From Asterionella formosa (lineage: Eukaryota): DNA of 20,000 nt. The position numbers and the translations under genes were made by a program. Below, in pieces: positions 1 through 10,570 of this stretch (the first letter of the stretch is position 1; each line of letters begins with the position of its first letter). The notes beneath the pieces were generated by a model. The model searched no databases and was not told the origin of the DNA. It saw nothing but the letters and a program-made list of their open reading frames with translations. Location of the stretch: assembly GCA_002256025.1 (NCBI GenBank), contig NKIB01012576.1, forward strand, positions 55,625-75,624, written 5' to 3'.

Positions 1-640
1 ACCGGGTTCCTACCATATGTGTTATGCACACCGTGAATTTACAGTACCTGGTACGGAGTACCAGGTACCTTCCTTACCTTTCACAAGGAAAACAAGATGC
101 GATAAAACACGGTTTTTGCTACCAGGAAAATAGTGCTAAACTTCTCTCGATCTCTTATATATTGTACATCTTTACAGCGAATACCGTTTTTCAGATTTCT
201 GCAACCGTTATACCCGATAGCTGAAATTAAATACCAGTATGTATACTACCGGTTAATACCTAGCAGGAAATTCCGGGTCCTCCGAGTACCCGGTAGTTAG
301 CAAGTAAGTAAGTAATCAAATGAACGCCCATGCTCATAGTGCCTGATTAATTGTACCAGGTACATGGTACCTACATACGGTTATTAATGTGATACCAGAA
401 TATCCGCTCTTCTTTTAGTTTTTTCAGGGTGGAGTACTAAATATGATTCATTTTTTCCCTTGTACGACCCACTTGCTTGTATACATCTTGCGCATCATCA
501 TGCACCACATGTATACCGGTAATTCCGATAACATGAAAATTTATGTCAATAGACAGTATTTGATGTATATTTGATCGCAAGATCCGCAAGAGTCCATTCT
601 AGCCCAGCTTCGACTCTGTGCTGAAAGACATCCCACCATC

Positions 641-1521
641 ATGCCATCTGATGAATTGTCAGTTGAATCCGATGCACCGTCGTCAAGTGTTGCCTTAAGT
701 TCGAACACAATGGCCCGTCACGTTGAGATTGGACGAACAGTCAAAGTGAAGCAACTTCGGGACGATGCGGTTGCTGTTCTAGAAGAGATGCTTGCCACCA
801 AGATGGAAGAAGTCGGCATCTTGCAAGAGCAACTTGCCCTTCTGTCGAAACAACACGTGCGCGAAGCAGCAATGGTGGATCCCTATGGCGATTCTGGTAT
901 TTTCACGGGGCAAATTAATAATGAGAAGCCTCACGGCAAAGGTACGTCGTCACATCCATTGCCAGCAAGTTCTGTTCTGCTTGGCGTCTGTTATCTTATT
1001 CTGTGTCGCCCATCGCCATACATCACACAACAGGAACTATGAAATACGAAGACGGCCGCATCTTCGTTGGAGAATGGTCGGAAGGCCGCTGGCACGGGAT
1101 GGGCCGAGCATCCTTTTCCAATGGCGATTCCTACGACGGCCAGTATAAATACGATCAGCGTCACGGTGAAGGTTGTTACCGCTGGCATGATGGTCGCGTC
1201 TACACGGGTGGGTTTTACGGAGACAAGCGTCACGGCAAGGGGCGGTACGTGTGGCCTGATGGCGCCAAATACGAAGGTGAATTCAAAGATGGGCAGCATG
1301 ATGGTGTGGGAACCTATAGGTTTGCGGATGGCAGTGTGTACGCAGGAAACTGGCGTCAGGGACAATATCATGGTGTTGGCACTTGCACCTGGTCGGATGG
1401 ACGGATCTATACAGGTGAATGGCATATGGGACAAGCACATGGGCGAGGAAAAGAGACAAACCCAGATGGAACTATTCGTCATGATGGGGTGTGGTCGTAT
1501 GACACACCAGTGAGAAAGTAA
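641..1521 (+). CDS. MORN-repeat protein, two exons (641-941, 1034-1521), ~262 aa
   Basis: Intron 942-1033 (GTACGT...ACAG, phase 1) joins ...EKPHGK-G-TMKYEDGRIFVGEW... in frame. Tandem YxGxWxxGxxHGxG MORN motifs follow, preceded by a coiled-coil-like N-terminus. Confidence 0.9.
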
Positions 1522-1973
1522 GGAATTTTTCATTGATTGGAATTTTCTGGGGTGCAGTTATTGTGACTAACACCCGAATTTAACTATTATATTCACAGAG
1601 CTATTGGAGCAAAGTTAAGCTTTATTGCTGGTAGGAAACCGTATTAAGGTTTGAAGTGGTTTTCAATTTATCTTGTCATATTTCAGTGTTGCAGCTGGTT
1701 GAATTTTTGATTTGATGAAACTGCAAGTTGTGTTAAATACTCTCTTTCTCTGTTAGTGCCATGATAATGTTAGACCAAATCTCTAATGCCAGAAATGATG
1801 AACAAGTATTGACTAGGCTGTCCCTTGAGATATTAAGTATTCATTTTCCTTTGAACTGGTGATATTCACTATTATCGAGTCATGTTGACTCAAATGGAAT
1901 TGACACTTGAACCCATACTTATGTTGTGTCAAATCCTTATTTTGTTGCTGGCTTTAGTCATTGGACAGCTCAA

Positions 1974-2192
1974 AACAAAAACAAAATTTATTTTATTTTA
2001 TAGTATGTCACTTTTGACAAAGTTGATATTTGTGGAGGTTGTGAAATCGAACTTGCGCTCCCCAGAGGGGACCTGCATGTTGTCGGCCTCACCCCCTGGA
2101 ACCCTAGGGACCACATAAACAAATCAGGTGGAGAATGCAGGAATTGAACCCATCACCTCAGAAAGGTGTGCTTACTACCACTCAGCCATTCA
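1974..2192 (-). mobile_element. tRNA-derived SINE-like element, copy 1
   Basis: Minus strand has A box TGGCTGAGTGG (2178-2188), B box GGTTCAATTCC (2140-2150), a tRNA-Ala-like GCATTCTCCA end and an A-rich tail. Flanking direct repeats at 1960-1973 and 2193-2206 match 12/14. Homologous to 16311-16445. Confidence 0.75.
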
Positions 2193-2279
2193 ATTGGACT
2201 GGTCAATACATGTACGGTATATGTATTGAATGGTATATACCAGTAGCTTGTCTAATATACCAGTAGCTAGTCCAATCAT

Positions 2280-5200
2280 AGTTATTACCTCTTTGAAGCT
2301 TTGATTGCATCATTCAGCTCTTGAAATGGTGCATCATTGCGTGCTGCTCTGTCGCATTCTTCACTATTTGCTTGAGACTGTTGTGGCATCATCACCAACA
2401 GATTATTCCACTGAGCAAGCCAGAGTACTGCTTCTTTGAGAGGCATCAGTATTAGAATAGAGGTTGCAATTAGCTAGCTATTCATGTTGACGAGCAGCTT
2501 CCAAATCATGATTATATTCAGCGCAGGTTTGCTTCCAGGGAATATGAGAAGTTTTCTGACAGGGCCACAGGGTATTTCCACATCCTTGAATGAGATATGG
2601 AGGATGACTTGTGTTAATTATTGCACAAGGTTATCATTTCATTCAGAATGTGTGTGGTTCAAAAACATTGCAGGCTAAGGAAATGTCTGGTAACTTTCTC
2701 TGGTATAAGTGGCAAGAAATTCGAAAGAAAGTGCACAACAGAATATTCTTTAATAGTCAGCATCTGCCTCAGGATTTACAGAAGAAGCCAAGTGGGAAAT
2801 AAATTGCACTTCGGAATATATAATATCAGCATAGCTAGGAGTCAAAATGGCCCTGGAGAAATCTCAAGAATTGATGCAATTGTTTTCGTCCAGAGGAAGT
2901 ACCAATTTTCAAATGATGAAATGCTGCAGTTAGCTAACATGAATATCAATTGCAGAAGGAATGTTGGAAGCTTTTGAAAGGCAATTTATTGGATTTTCTT
3001 GCTATGAAAAGGATAGAAGAAACATGGATGGAAGTATAACATTTAATTAAAAAATGCCTTGACAGTGCTGGCATCAACTTGTTTCGAGGTGGAATGGACT
3101 GGAATTGGAGCTGTGACAACAGGCTCGGATAAAATATGTGTGGCGGTAGCTACTTGATGAAAAGATGTATATCTGATGGTAGATTAGGAGTCAAGAGAGG
3201 AGACACTTAAGTTGGTTTTAGCAGTAGAGAGATCAGTAGAAATAGTTGTTCCTGTCATCATGCTTTAGTGTCTGATTGAGCAATGGCAGGGAGTGCGGGC
3301 TGCAGCAATAAAGAACAGATTGAGGTGGTCTTTCCGGAGAATATGGGAGATTTGGAAGAATTAGAAAGGGAGAGTAAGGTCAGGAATAAATGTGGCTTTG
3401 AAGAAAAATTCACAGAAAGAAGGGTGCATACTAATAGATAGGCACCAAAATGCATTTTCACAGGAGGGCATGCAAGTGCTGATTCGGCTGATTTTTGTGG
3501 AGGGACCAGCAGGAGGTCTGTCAGAGGAAGTTGAGCAGGAGTAGGAGAGGAAGAGGAGTTGGTGGAGGGGGCAGCAGCATCCAAAACTGACATGTTGAAT
3601 TAGGAGGATGTCAGTACTATGTAGCAGAACTACAGACTGCCACTTAGCATGGTTATCCATCTGTTCTACCCTGGATTACATATTCATAGTACTAGGGAGA
3701 ATAAATGGAGCTGGTTAGCAGAGAAATATTACAACGTACCCCAGGTAAGCAAAGTCATTCAATAGTGAACAGGCACAGTATGGTGGAAATAGTTTATGAC
3801 CAATACATACTGGTATGTATGTTGAGCAACCTATGGATTAATACCGGACAGCCAACAGCTACCTGTTACCAGCCAGCAGTAAAACCAACATGGTATGAAA
3901 TTAATTATATAGCACACATTTGTAGAATTAAACATTTGGCAAACGTTTCTCTCTGTGTCCGGCGATGAATGGATTCGTAGTGATTTGCGCTGCATCTGTA
4001 TATATCATGTTTCCACTTTCCTTTACTACTCCGGTATACCCCGGAAAGTTCATTGTTGTATCATAAGATGTTGAAAGAATTGTATACCGGTATATACCAT
4101 GTACATATGGCTGGCTGCATCAAAGAAATTATTATAAAATTAGCCCACGTAGATCTGGTACAAAATATTATATAGCAATATCAGTTATGGCCGCCATCAG
4201 TGACCTTGCCATACATGATGCTTGGTTGCCGGTTGGTCAATTCAGGGAATATCTTAATGAAAAGTACTGTTATGCCAATGATATACAATTCAATACTAAT
4301 AGATTGATAAGTTAGTTAAAGAAGTTGTTTCCAAACCAATTTTTGGACCCCAATGAATTCAAGTTTTCTAGAGGCAAGAAGGTGATCATGCTATTCCTAC
4401 ATGAGAATCAAACAAAGAGCAAAGTAGACAAAGATTACATCTATGTTACAGAAAATTCAGTAATAGCGATTACTATGCTCCTTACTTATATGAATTGATC
4501 TGCATGGGAGGATAAATTTATCCCTTTGAAGAAGCAACTAAGAAGGAGTGGAAGTTGGGGTTGTGATGATCAAAATTGTCGTTATGGTCACAGGGCTGTG
4601 ACATCACCTAGTAGTACTTCACCTTGAACCTGAGATAAAGAAGTTGCTCTACTTACTACTTTTAATTCCACCAGTGCAAGCGCTATGACTAGTGTAGGAG
4701 AGCGAAGAACGGAAATCACCAAACTGGAGAAGAACAACTAGAGATGGAGGCAGAGGAAAGAAGGAGCAACTACTAAATTAGTATGCTAGAGGAGGAGGGA
4801 ATTAAGGGATGTGAATGTTCAACATAAGTAGATACTGATTCATTGTACCAATTCGAAGACTTGGGACTGAGCAACAACATCCAGTGAGACAAGAACTCAT
4901 CATTTGAGACTTGTCCCCCTGAAATCACCCATAACCATACCTATAGCAACAGCAACATCCAGCAAAAGCAAAAACATATTTGTACTCCACTGAAGCCAAG
5001 AAACTGTGCTCATTTGAATTCACCATGCCTTCAATCAACAACCAAATCTAAATCCTCAAGCAAATAAATGTTGCCAGCTCTGGATACCCCGCCCACCAAT
5101 TGATTCTGAATCTCAAGCACCAACAAAAAAGCCAATAAGACAACATCACCCATCCCCGCAAGTGGACAATCCACAACAGAAGTGCCAATACATTGCTTAT

Positions 5201-5750
5201 TCACTCCAAAAACATGAACACAAGACCTGGGAATGTTGTTGCACTATCACCTTCAAGTGATTAACAAACCAAAAACTCACACTGGCCACACATGCACACA
5301 TTGTCTCCAAATGATTCCGCAATTTTCGAAAACACGGCTTCGATGCATATCCAAATGAGAGTAAATTCCAAAGATTGGAAGCATGGATTTACAAAAGAAT
5401 CGAGATTGGAGGACTACACATTGAATGGAAATCAGTAAGAATTTGGATTCATCCCAAAGCAAAGAATTTCTTTGAAGTCGTTCAGCATGGGAACTGTCTT
5501 GATTTTGAGGAAGAGAAGACATTATTGCAGTCAATGGGAAGGAAGGGAAATGGGAGTACTTGCTGACACCGAAATGTCACTGCTAACTTGCATGAGAGGG
5601 AATCGATTCGGTTAGCTATTCTTGGGGTTGCGCCAAGAATTTCTAGCGTTGGGTTGCTCTGACCATGAAGAAGAGGAACGAGAACTTCAGGTCTGTGGTG
5701 CAAGAGAGCATCATGGTGTCAAGGGACAAAAGTGTTAGCAGCAAAAATAA
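2280..5750. repeat. Decayed, CpG-poor, probably transposon-derived region (possible non-LTR retroelement C-terminal remnant on minus strand ~2400-2930)
   Basis: No long ORF and strong CpG depletion. Broken minus-strand peptides (QLHQFLRFLQGHF; LWLAQWNNLL) are loosely reminiscent of LINE ORF2 tails. Family not identifiable by eye. Confidence 0.3.
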
Positions 5751-6303
5751 TTTTTAAGGCAAGCAAGACAATATATACTATGTGCATACTTCAAGATTTG
5801 GGAAGATCTTGACAAGCTAATGGCAAGATGACAGGAGGGCTGCCAAAGTTGACACAACAACCCATGAAGCGGACCCCATCAGCGTTGAGAAGCTTGTCAG
5901 CAGATTCAAAACTCACCGCTGTGCCCTTGATTTCGATACAACTTTCTGCCAGGCAACCTGTGTCTATGATCGAATGTAGCGAACAACAAAGCAACGAAGC
6001 AAACAAGAAACAAGCAGCAAAATCAGCAAACATGAACAAGAACAACAACAGATTGATGTTACATACCGGTACTACCTTTTGCAGGGAAATTAGCGGAGTG
6101 CAATATGTATACCGGTATTTCAAAGAATTTGCATCAATTTTTTGTGCGTCACAATATTTACTCTTAATTATTATATGCAAAAGAAAATCTATACTAATGC
6201 CTACGCATTCTACTATATTGATCTTCAGGTTGCAGCCAACCTTATTATGTGACAAGATCACAAAACATATGACACCATAAACATATTTTATGCCGGGAAA
6301 ATG

Positions 6304-6434
6304 ATATTTCGTCCCACTAACCCTACACATAGGCTCCTCAATGGTATCATCGGAGGATGAGGGTTGGGTTTAGGGTTTAGGGTTAAGGTTAGAGCTAGGG
6401 CTACCTGTATGCATAACATAGGGGGACGAAATAT
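6304..6434. repeat. Small inverted-repeat element enclosing telomere-like (T)TTAGGG repeats
   Basis: ATATTTCGTCCC (6304-6315) and GGGACGAAATAT (6423-6434) form a perfect IR, extending imperfectly inward ~30 bp. The interior 6361-6403 reads GGGTTGGGTTTAGGGTTTAGGGTTAAGGTTAGAGCTAGGGCTA. Confidence 0.7.
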
Positions 6435-6524
6435 AGAAAAGATATCTTTTTCCAATACGCACTGGTATAGATACTACCTGTTTACCTGGTAACAGGTATC
6501 TGCTACCGGCAGCATTAAAAAAAA

Positions 6525-6692
6525 GGGTACCAAGGTAGAGTACCGGTACTTGGTACCAGGTACCAGGTACCAGGCTACCAGGTACCGTTATGTCAAGAGT
6601 ATGGTACCAGGTACCTGGTACCAGGTACCTGGTACCAGGTACTAGTACCAGTCAAAAACTGGTACCTGGTACCTGGTACCAGCTACCAGTAC
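6525..6692. repeat. (GGTACCW)n heptamer satellite
   Basis: Tandem GGTACCA/GGTACCT units in three runs, with TACCGGTA, TACTAGTA and TACCAGTA variants. Confidence 0.9.
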
Positions 6693-6867
6693 ATATTACA
6701 TGTCGCTCTGTGATCATGCTCTATACATACCGGCATATCGGTATTACCGGTATGTAGTTCTCTTTCTATCAGCCATCAGAGACGTAAAATCATGGCCTTA
6801 CTATTGGTTGAGCGCTAATTTGCTAAATCAAGTCATTTATTTTTGAAAGAGCTGTCCATTTCTCATA

Positions 6868-7962
6868 ATGAATGTCCAGTTCACCCTCGTCGTTTTGTCA
6901 TTGGCAGTTTCCCATGCCAATTCAATGCCCATGATTCGCCCGTCACGTCGTCAGATACTCGCAACAGCCGCTGTTGCCTACATTGGCACACCGGAAGTAG
7001 CTCGAGCTGATAGCATGGAGTTATCTCTAAATGGTCCCTTGGTGCCGGGATTATCTTCACCTCGACTCGTGAGTATTGGGGAAAGCGCCTGGTCTCCTCC
7101 TCCTCTCGCCAGCGATCTAGGGAACACTCGCATCTTGGCCAAAGAATTGAACCCAACCCAGCAAATGCCATTTGGAGACCAAGAACTTTACTATGCACCA
7201 TTTCTCTTTGGGGCGTGGAACGTCACTGCAACTTTGAAAAGAAAGGTGTACCCCTACGGAACTAGTTTTCTTCCTTCGAAATCTCTCATAGAGGGATCGC
7301 CCCGAAACAGAATGGAACAAGTTGGTGATTCAACCTGTTATGAACTTCATTATTTTAGCACCCTGGCAAATGATTTTCAAAATAAATTGACTGTCAATTT
7401 GGGTCTGGGAGTGCCAAAATCAAAAATTATTGCTGACCGGGCATTCGATGCCATTTCCATTTCAATGGCGTACAAACACTTTACCCCTGTCCAAGAAGTA
7501 GACTGGAATCCCAGCAAAGATCCCACACACCTCTCAATTTCCTTTGGTGCAGCTCCTCTTGCTGAGGACATGAGACCACTTGGGAAACGACGGGGTGAAG
7601 TTTACATTGTTGCAAGACAGACAGAGACTGTATCAGATACCATCTTTGCTTGTTCTGAGAGGAGTCGTTCTGTAATTCTGTCCACTGGAGCTGTGGTCGT
7701 AAGCGATACAGAGGGAATCACAGAATATCACAAGAACGATGATAACCACATTACAGCTACTTCTAGAATAGCTGTCTACTTGACCCCTAACCCAAATTCA
7801 CGTGAAGGAGTTTTGTGGCAGCAAGTTGGAGGGAAGGCAGTTGCATTTTTTGATTATGACATTCAGATGGAAAGAATTCTTGAAAGTTTCACATTGGAAA
7901 ATGGAGCAAAGGTTGAAAAGGCTTGTGTCAAAACTCCAAAAGATTACATGCAATGCGAATAA
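6868..7962 (+). CDS. DUF6816-like conserved plastid protein with signal peptide and twin-arginine (Tat) lumen-targeting-like presequence
   Basis: Intact 364-aa ORF. Hydrophobic N-terminus, then SRRQILATAAVAYIG..ARA (RR + H-region + AxA). Motifs LYYAPFLFGAWNVTATL and IIADRAF are recalled as typical of DUF6816. Confidence 0.75.
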   Translation: MNVQFTLVVLSLAVSHANSMPMIRPSRRQILATAAVAYIGTPEVARADSMELSLNGPLVPGLSSPRLVSIGESAWSPPPLASDLGNTRILAKELNPTQQMPFGDQELYYAPFLFGAWNVTATLKRKVYPYGTSFLPSKSLIEGSPRNRMEQVGDSTCYELHYFSTLANDFQNKLTVNLGLGVPKSKIIADRAFDAISISMAYKHFTPVQEVDWNPSKDPTHLSISFGAAPLAEDMRPLGKRRGEVYIVARQTETVSDTIFACSERSRSVILSTGAVVVSDTEGITEYHKNDDNHITATSRIAVYLTPNPNSREGVLWQQVGGKAVAFFDYDIQMERILESFTLENGAKVEKACVKTPKDYMQCE

Positions 7963-8646
7963 ATATTATTCTTAGTCCTGGTGTCTGAAAGCCCAATGAC
8001 CAATTTAAAGCCTTCTTTACTGATGCAAAGTTGTATCTTTCTTGATCTGATTCAAACACTTATCAAGAGGGTACATCTGAATGCCAGCTAAATTTCATTC
8101 TGCAATTTTAAGGACAAAAATCAATGAAACCTAGAACTTGGAGCCAATCATATGCACTTGTTGTTTGCATTTTGTTGCCAGTATTGCAAAAATGAATTTC
8201 AAAAACATTAAACCTCAATAGATTCCTTTTTAAGGTTTCATGGCATGCATTCTAAAATATGCCAATAATAGTTGTTTGAGCTTGTTTAGCCTTGACCTCT
8301 GCACCACATACCACGTAAAGGGAATCAGTATATTGCTTCACTGTGTTGCCTTTTGCTGCTGATTACACGACATTTAAAACTGATACCATCAAGATCCTGT
8401 TAATAGGTGGGACCAAACCTGATCAACTGCTTGCCCAACCATAGAGGGCAAGGATTAATAACTCAACAAACCCAAATTTCCATCCACCTCGGAAATGGAG
8501 ATCTTTGGCTGGCATCTTTGCACTTCAGTCGTGTCACATTACTTCGCGCTCCCAGGGGCGTTAAACATTTTCCAAAACCTGCTCATGAAACAATTGCTTG
8601 GTTCATCCATTTTATTCAGCAAGAAAATCTAAGAGGCAGTACAACG

Positions 8647-9786
8647 ATGATGATATCCTTTGGCGCTGCCATCATCCTAGTTATGATCGTTCCATGCACA
8701 CGGGCTAGAAGTGCCTTCCCAAGAGACAACCTACTCAACACGAACACATTGCACCGACTTCAAAGCAAGGCCAGAATTGTTCAAGACGACTTTGACTTTT
8801 TCCGTTCCACGGATGATCTTGGTGAGCACGACGATGACGACGATGATGATAAGGCAACCCTTGTAGAGCTCCCTAGAAACGATGTTTCCTTTGGTAGAAT
8901 CTTTGAAAATAATTTGAAAGTAATACGCGCCGATGAATTGCAGTTATCATTCTCTTCTCCTGCTGTTGGAGTCGCAGCAATAGATTCTCCCATCGCACGC
9001 TCCTTTCGCTCGACAGGTACAACCATTTGTGGCTGCTTGGTCGGACAATTTGTCATTCTAGGTGCAGATACAAGAGCTACAGATGATCGTATGGTGGCGG
9101 ACAAGAGATGTGAAAAGATACACAAATTGGCCAGAAACATGTACGCATGTGGGGCTGGCACTTCGGCCGATTTGGACATGGTGACAAGGCAAGTCGAATA
9201 CAAGCTGCGCCTACAACAACAACAAGAATTGTCAATTGGTAATACTCCAAAACCAGCTTCTAATGAGCCGTCAGTGTCAGGAGCATGTCGTATGCTTCGA
9301 GATACCTTGTTTGAAGGTGGAGGAGAAATCGGGGCCAATTTGATTCTTGGAGGTCACGAGAATGGCAAGGCAGTGTTGGTTGCCATTCATCCTCATGGAA
9401 GTATGGATGTTGTACCATTTAGTGCTCTTGGAAGTGGTGGTCTTGCTGCCATGGCGGTCTTGGAACTAGGATATACTTCAGAGTTGACATTGGAGCAGGG
9501 AAAGGACTTGGTGAAACGAGCAATTATGGCTGGAATCAAAAATGATCTAGGCTCTGGATCTCAAGTAGATTTATTGGTTTTGGGACCAAATGATTTTATA
9601 GACTATCAAAGAGGCGTAATTCCAGAAGAGCAAGGCGAACTAAGGCGGCAAGTGGAAATGATGTCAGATGGGCAAGGGGTCAATGGTTTTGGGAACTCTC
9701 CATACAAGGTTCAGGCTCAAAGAGTCATGCTACCTGTCAAAGAATCAAACACAACCCAAAAGTGGAAGGAACTATTGGATTTCTAA
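8647..9786 (+). CDS. PSMB7: 20S proteasome subunit beta-2 (PUP1/PSMB7 family) with N-terminal signal peptide; probable periplastid-compartment copy
   Basis: RSTG|TTICG (Thr1 at 9019), Asp17 in GADTRAT, Lys33 in ADKRCEK, GAGTSAD, GSGG and AGIKNDLGSGSQVD. First ATG at 8647 (MMISFGAAIILVMIVPCTRARSAFP); the ORF-track start at 8407 is a GTG. Confidence 0.9.
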   Translation: MMISFGAAIILVMIVPCTRARSAFPRDNLLNTNTLHRLQSKARIVQDDFDFFRSTDDLGEHDDDDDDDKATLVELPRNDVSFGRIFENNLKVIRADELQLSFSSPAVGVAAIDSPIARSFRSTGTTICGCLVGQFVILGADTRATDDRMVADKRCEKIHKLARNMYACGAGTSADLDMVTRQVEYKLRLQQQQELSIGNTPKPASNEPSVSGACRMLRDTLFEGGGEIGANLILGGHENGKAVLVAIHPHGSMDVVPFSALGSGGLAAMAVLELGYTSELTLEQGKDLVKRAIMAGIKNDLGSGSQVDLLVLGPNDFIDYQRGVIPEEQGELRRQVEMMSDGQGVNGFGNSPYKVQAQRVMLPVKESNTTQKWKELLDF

Positions 9787-10357
9787 TATTCCAGTACATG
9801 TTAACAAGGGAGCTCAATTATTCTCAGCTTAGATTTAGTAGCAGTTCCAAATTTTCTTCTCATATTTATGTTGCTGAGACATTGTTTCATGAATTGGCCC
9901 AAAGGTTAGCATGGCACAACCTATTTTATTATCAGGACTGTATAATATATAAAATAAAAATGCACATTATGATGAAGTCAATTCTAATAGCGAACTCAGC
10001 TCACAATATCAGTCTGATGTGTCGTGATCAACACCCTGAAAATGGTTTTGGTAGACTTCACTTTTGAATGCTTCAGGTTAACCATTGAAAATGGAAAAAC
10101 TATTTGATGAAGTTGTTTTTTCAATGTAATGGGTTCAATGACTGTACTATAGGAATGCAATGTATTTATCTAGGGCCTTTTTATTGTTGATCGCAGTCAG
10201 GTCAGTGTTGCTGGTGTTGAAAAATGGCGACCTGATGACTGTGGGACAGGAACTCCGGGTACTAACACTGGCACACTAGTTACGAGGAGAGAAGATTCGA
10301 CAGTACCACTTACTTGGTATGAGGTGGCTCCACCAACCATACAGAAGTAGATAAGAC

Positions 10358-10383
10358 TGTTTCAAGATCATTATCTTGAAACA
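10358..10383. repeat. Perfect 11-bp hairpin
   Basis: TGTTTCAAGAT-catt-ATCTTGAAACA. The right arm recurs as TCTTGAAACAATC at 10453-10465. Confidence 0.7.
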
Positions 10384-10570
10384 ATCCAGTTAGTAAGAAC
10401 GAAGTTTGATCCGACTTTCTTCTTACTTTCAATTCAATCAAACATAACCGATTCTTGAAACAATCATAGGTTCAGGGCCTATGGTATGTCAGGGAAAATA
10501 GATTTTGCAACAGCTGGTAAGATTTCCAGGTTTCGGAGGCATTTTAATGCACCGCAATCATGAATTATCT

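Noticed and set aside
991..1533. Antisense and alternative-frame ORFs over the MORN gene (also 792-1148, 1067-1513)
   Set aside because: Shadows of the real spliced CDS with no recognisable motifs.
2126..2195. Functional tRNA gene
   Set aside because: The acceptor and T stems are mismatched and the anticodon loop is only 5 nt. It has a homologous dispersed copy with a shared non-tRNA body.
2236..2275. 20-bp tandem duplication TATACCAGTAGCTWGTCYAA
   Set aside because: Only two units; an ordinary local duplication containing a footprint-like word.
5791..6330. Overlapping 179-aa and 150-aa ORFs
   Set aside because: No domain motifs. They run through AT-rich, footprint-containing and inverted-repeat DNA, so they are probably spurious.
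6361..6403. True telomere or chromosome end
   Set aside because: Short, degenerate and internal, with genes on both sides.
6525..6692. Possible CRISPR-like array
   Set aside because: 7-bp tandem units without unique regular spacers, no cas genes, and a eukaryotic context.
8781..9338. 185-aa minus-strand ORF
   Set aside because: Antisense shadow of the proteasome beta-2 CDS.
10228..10345. Possible C/D snoRNA (CTGATGA)
   Set aside because: No suitably placed D box or terminal stem found.
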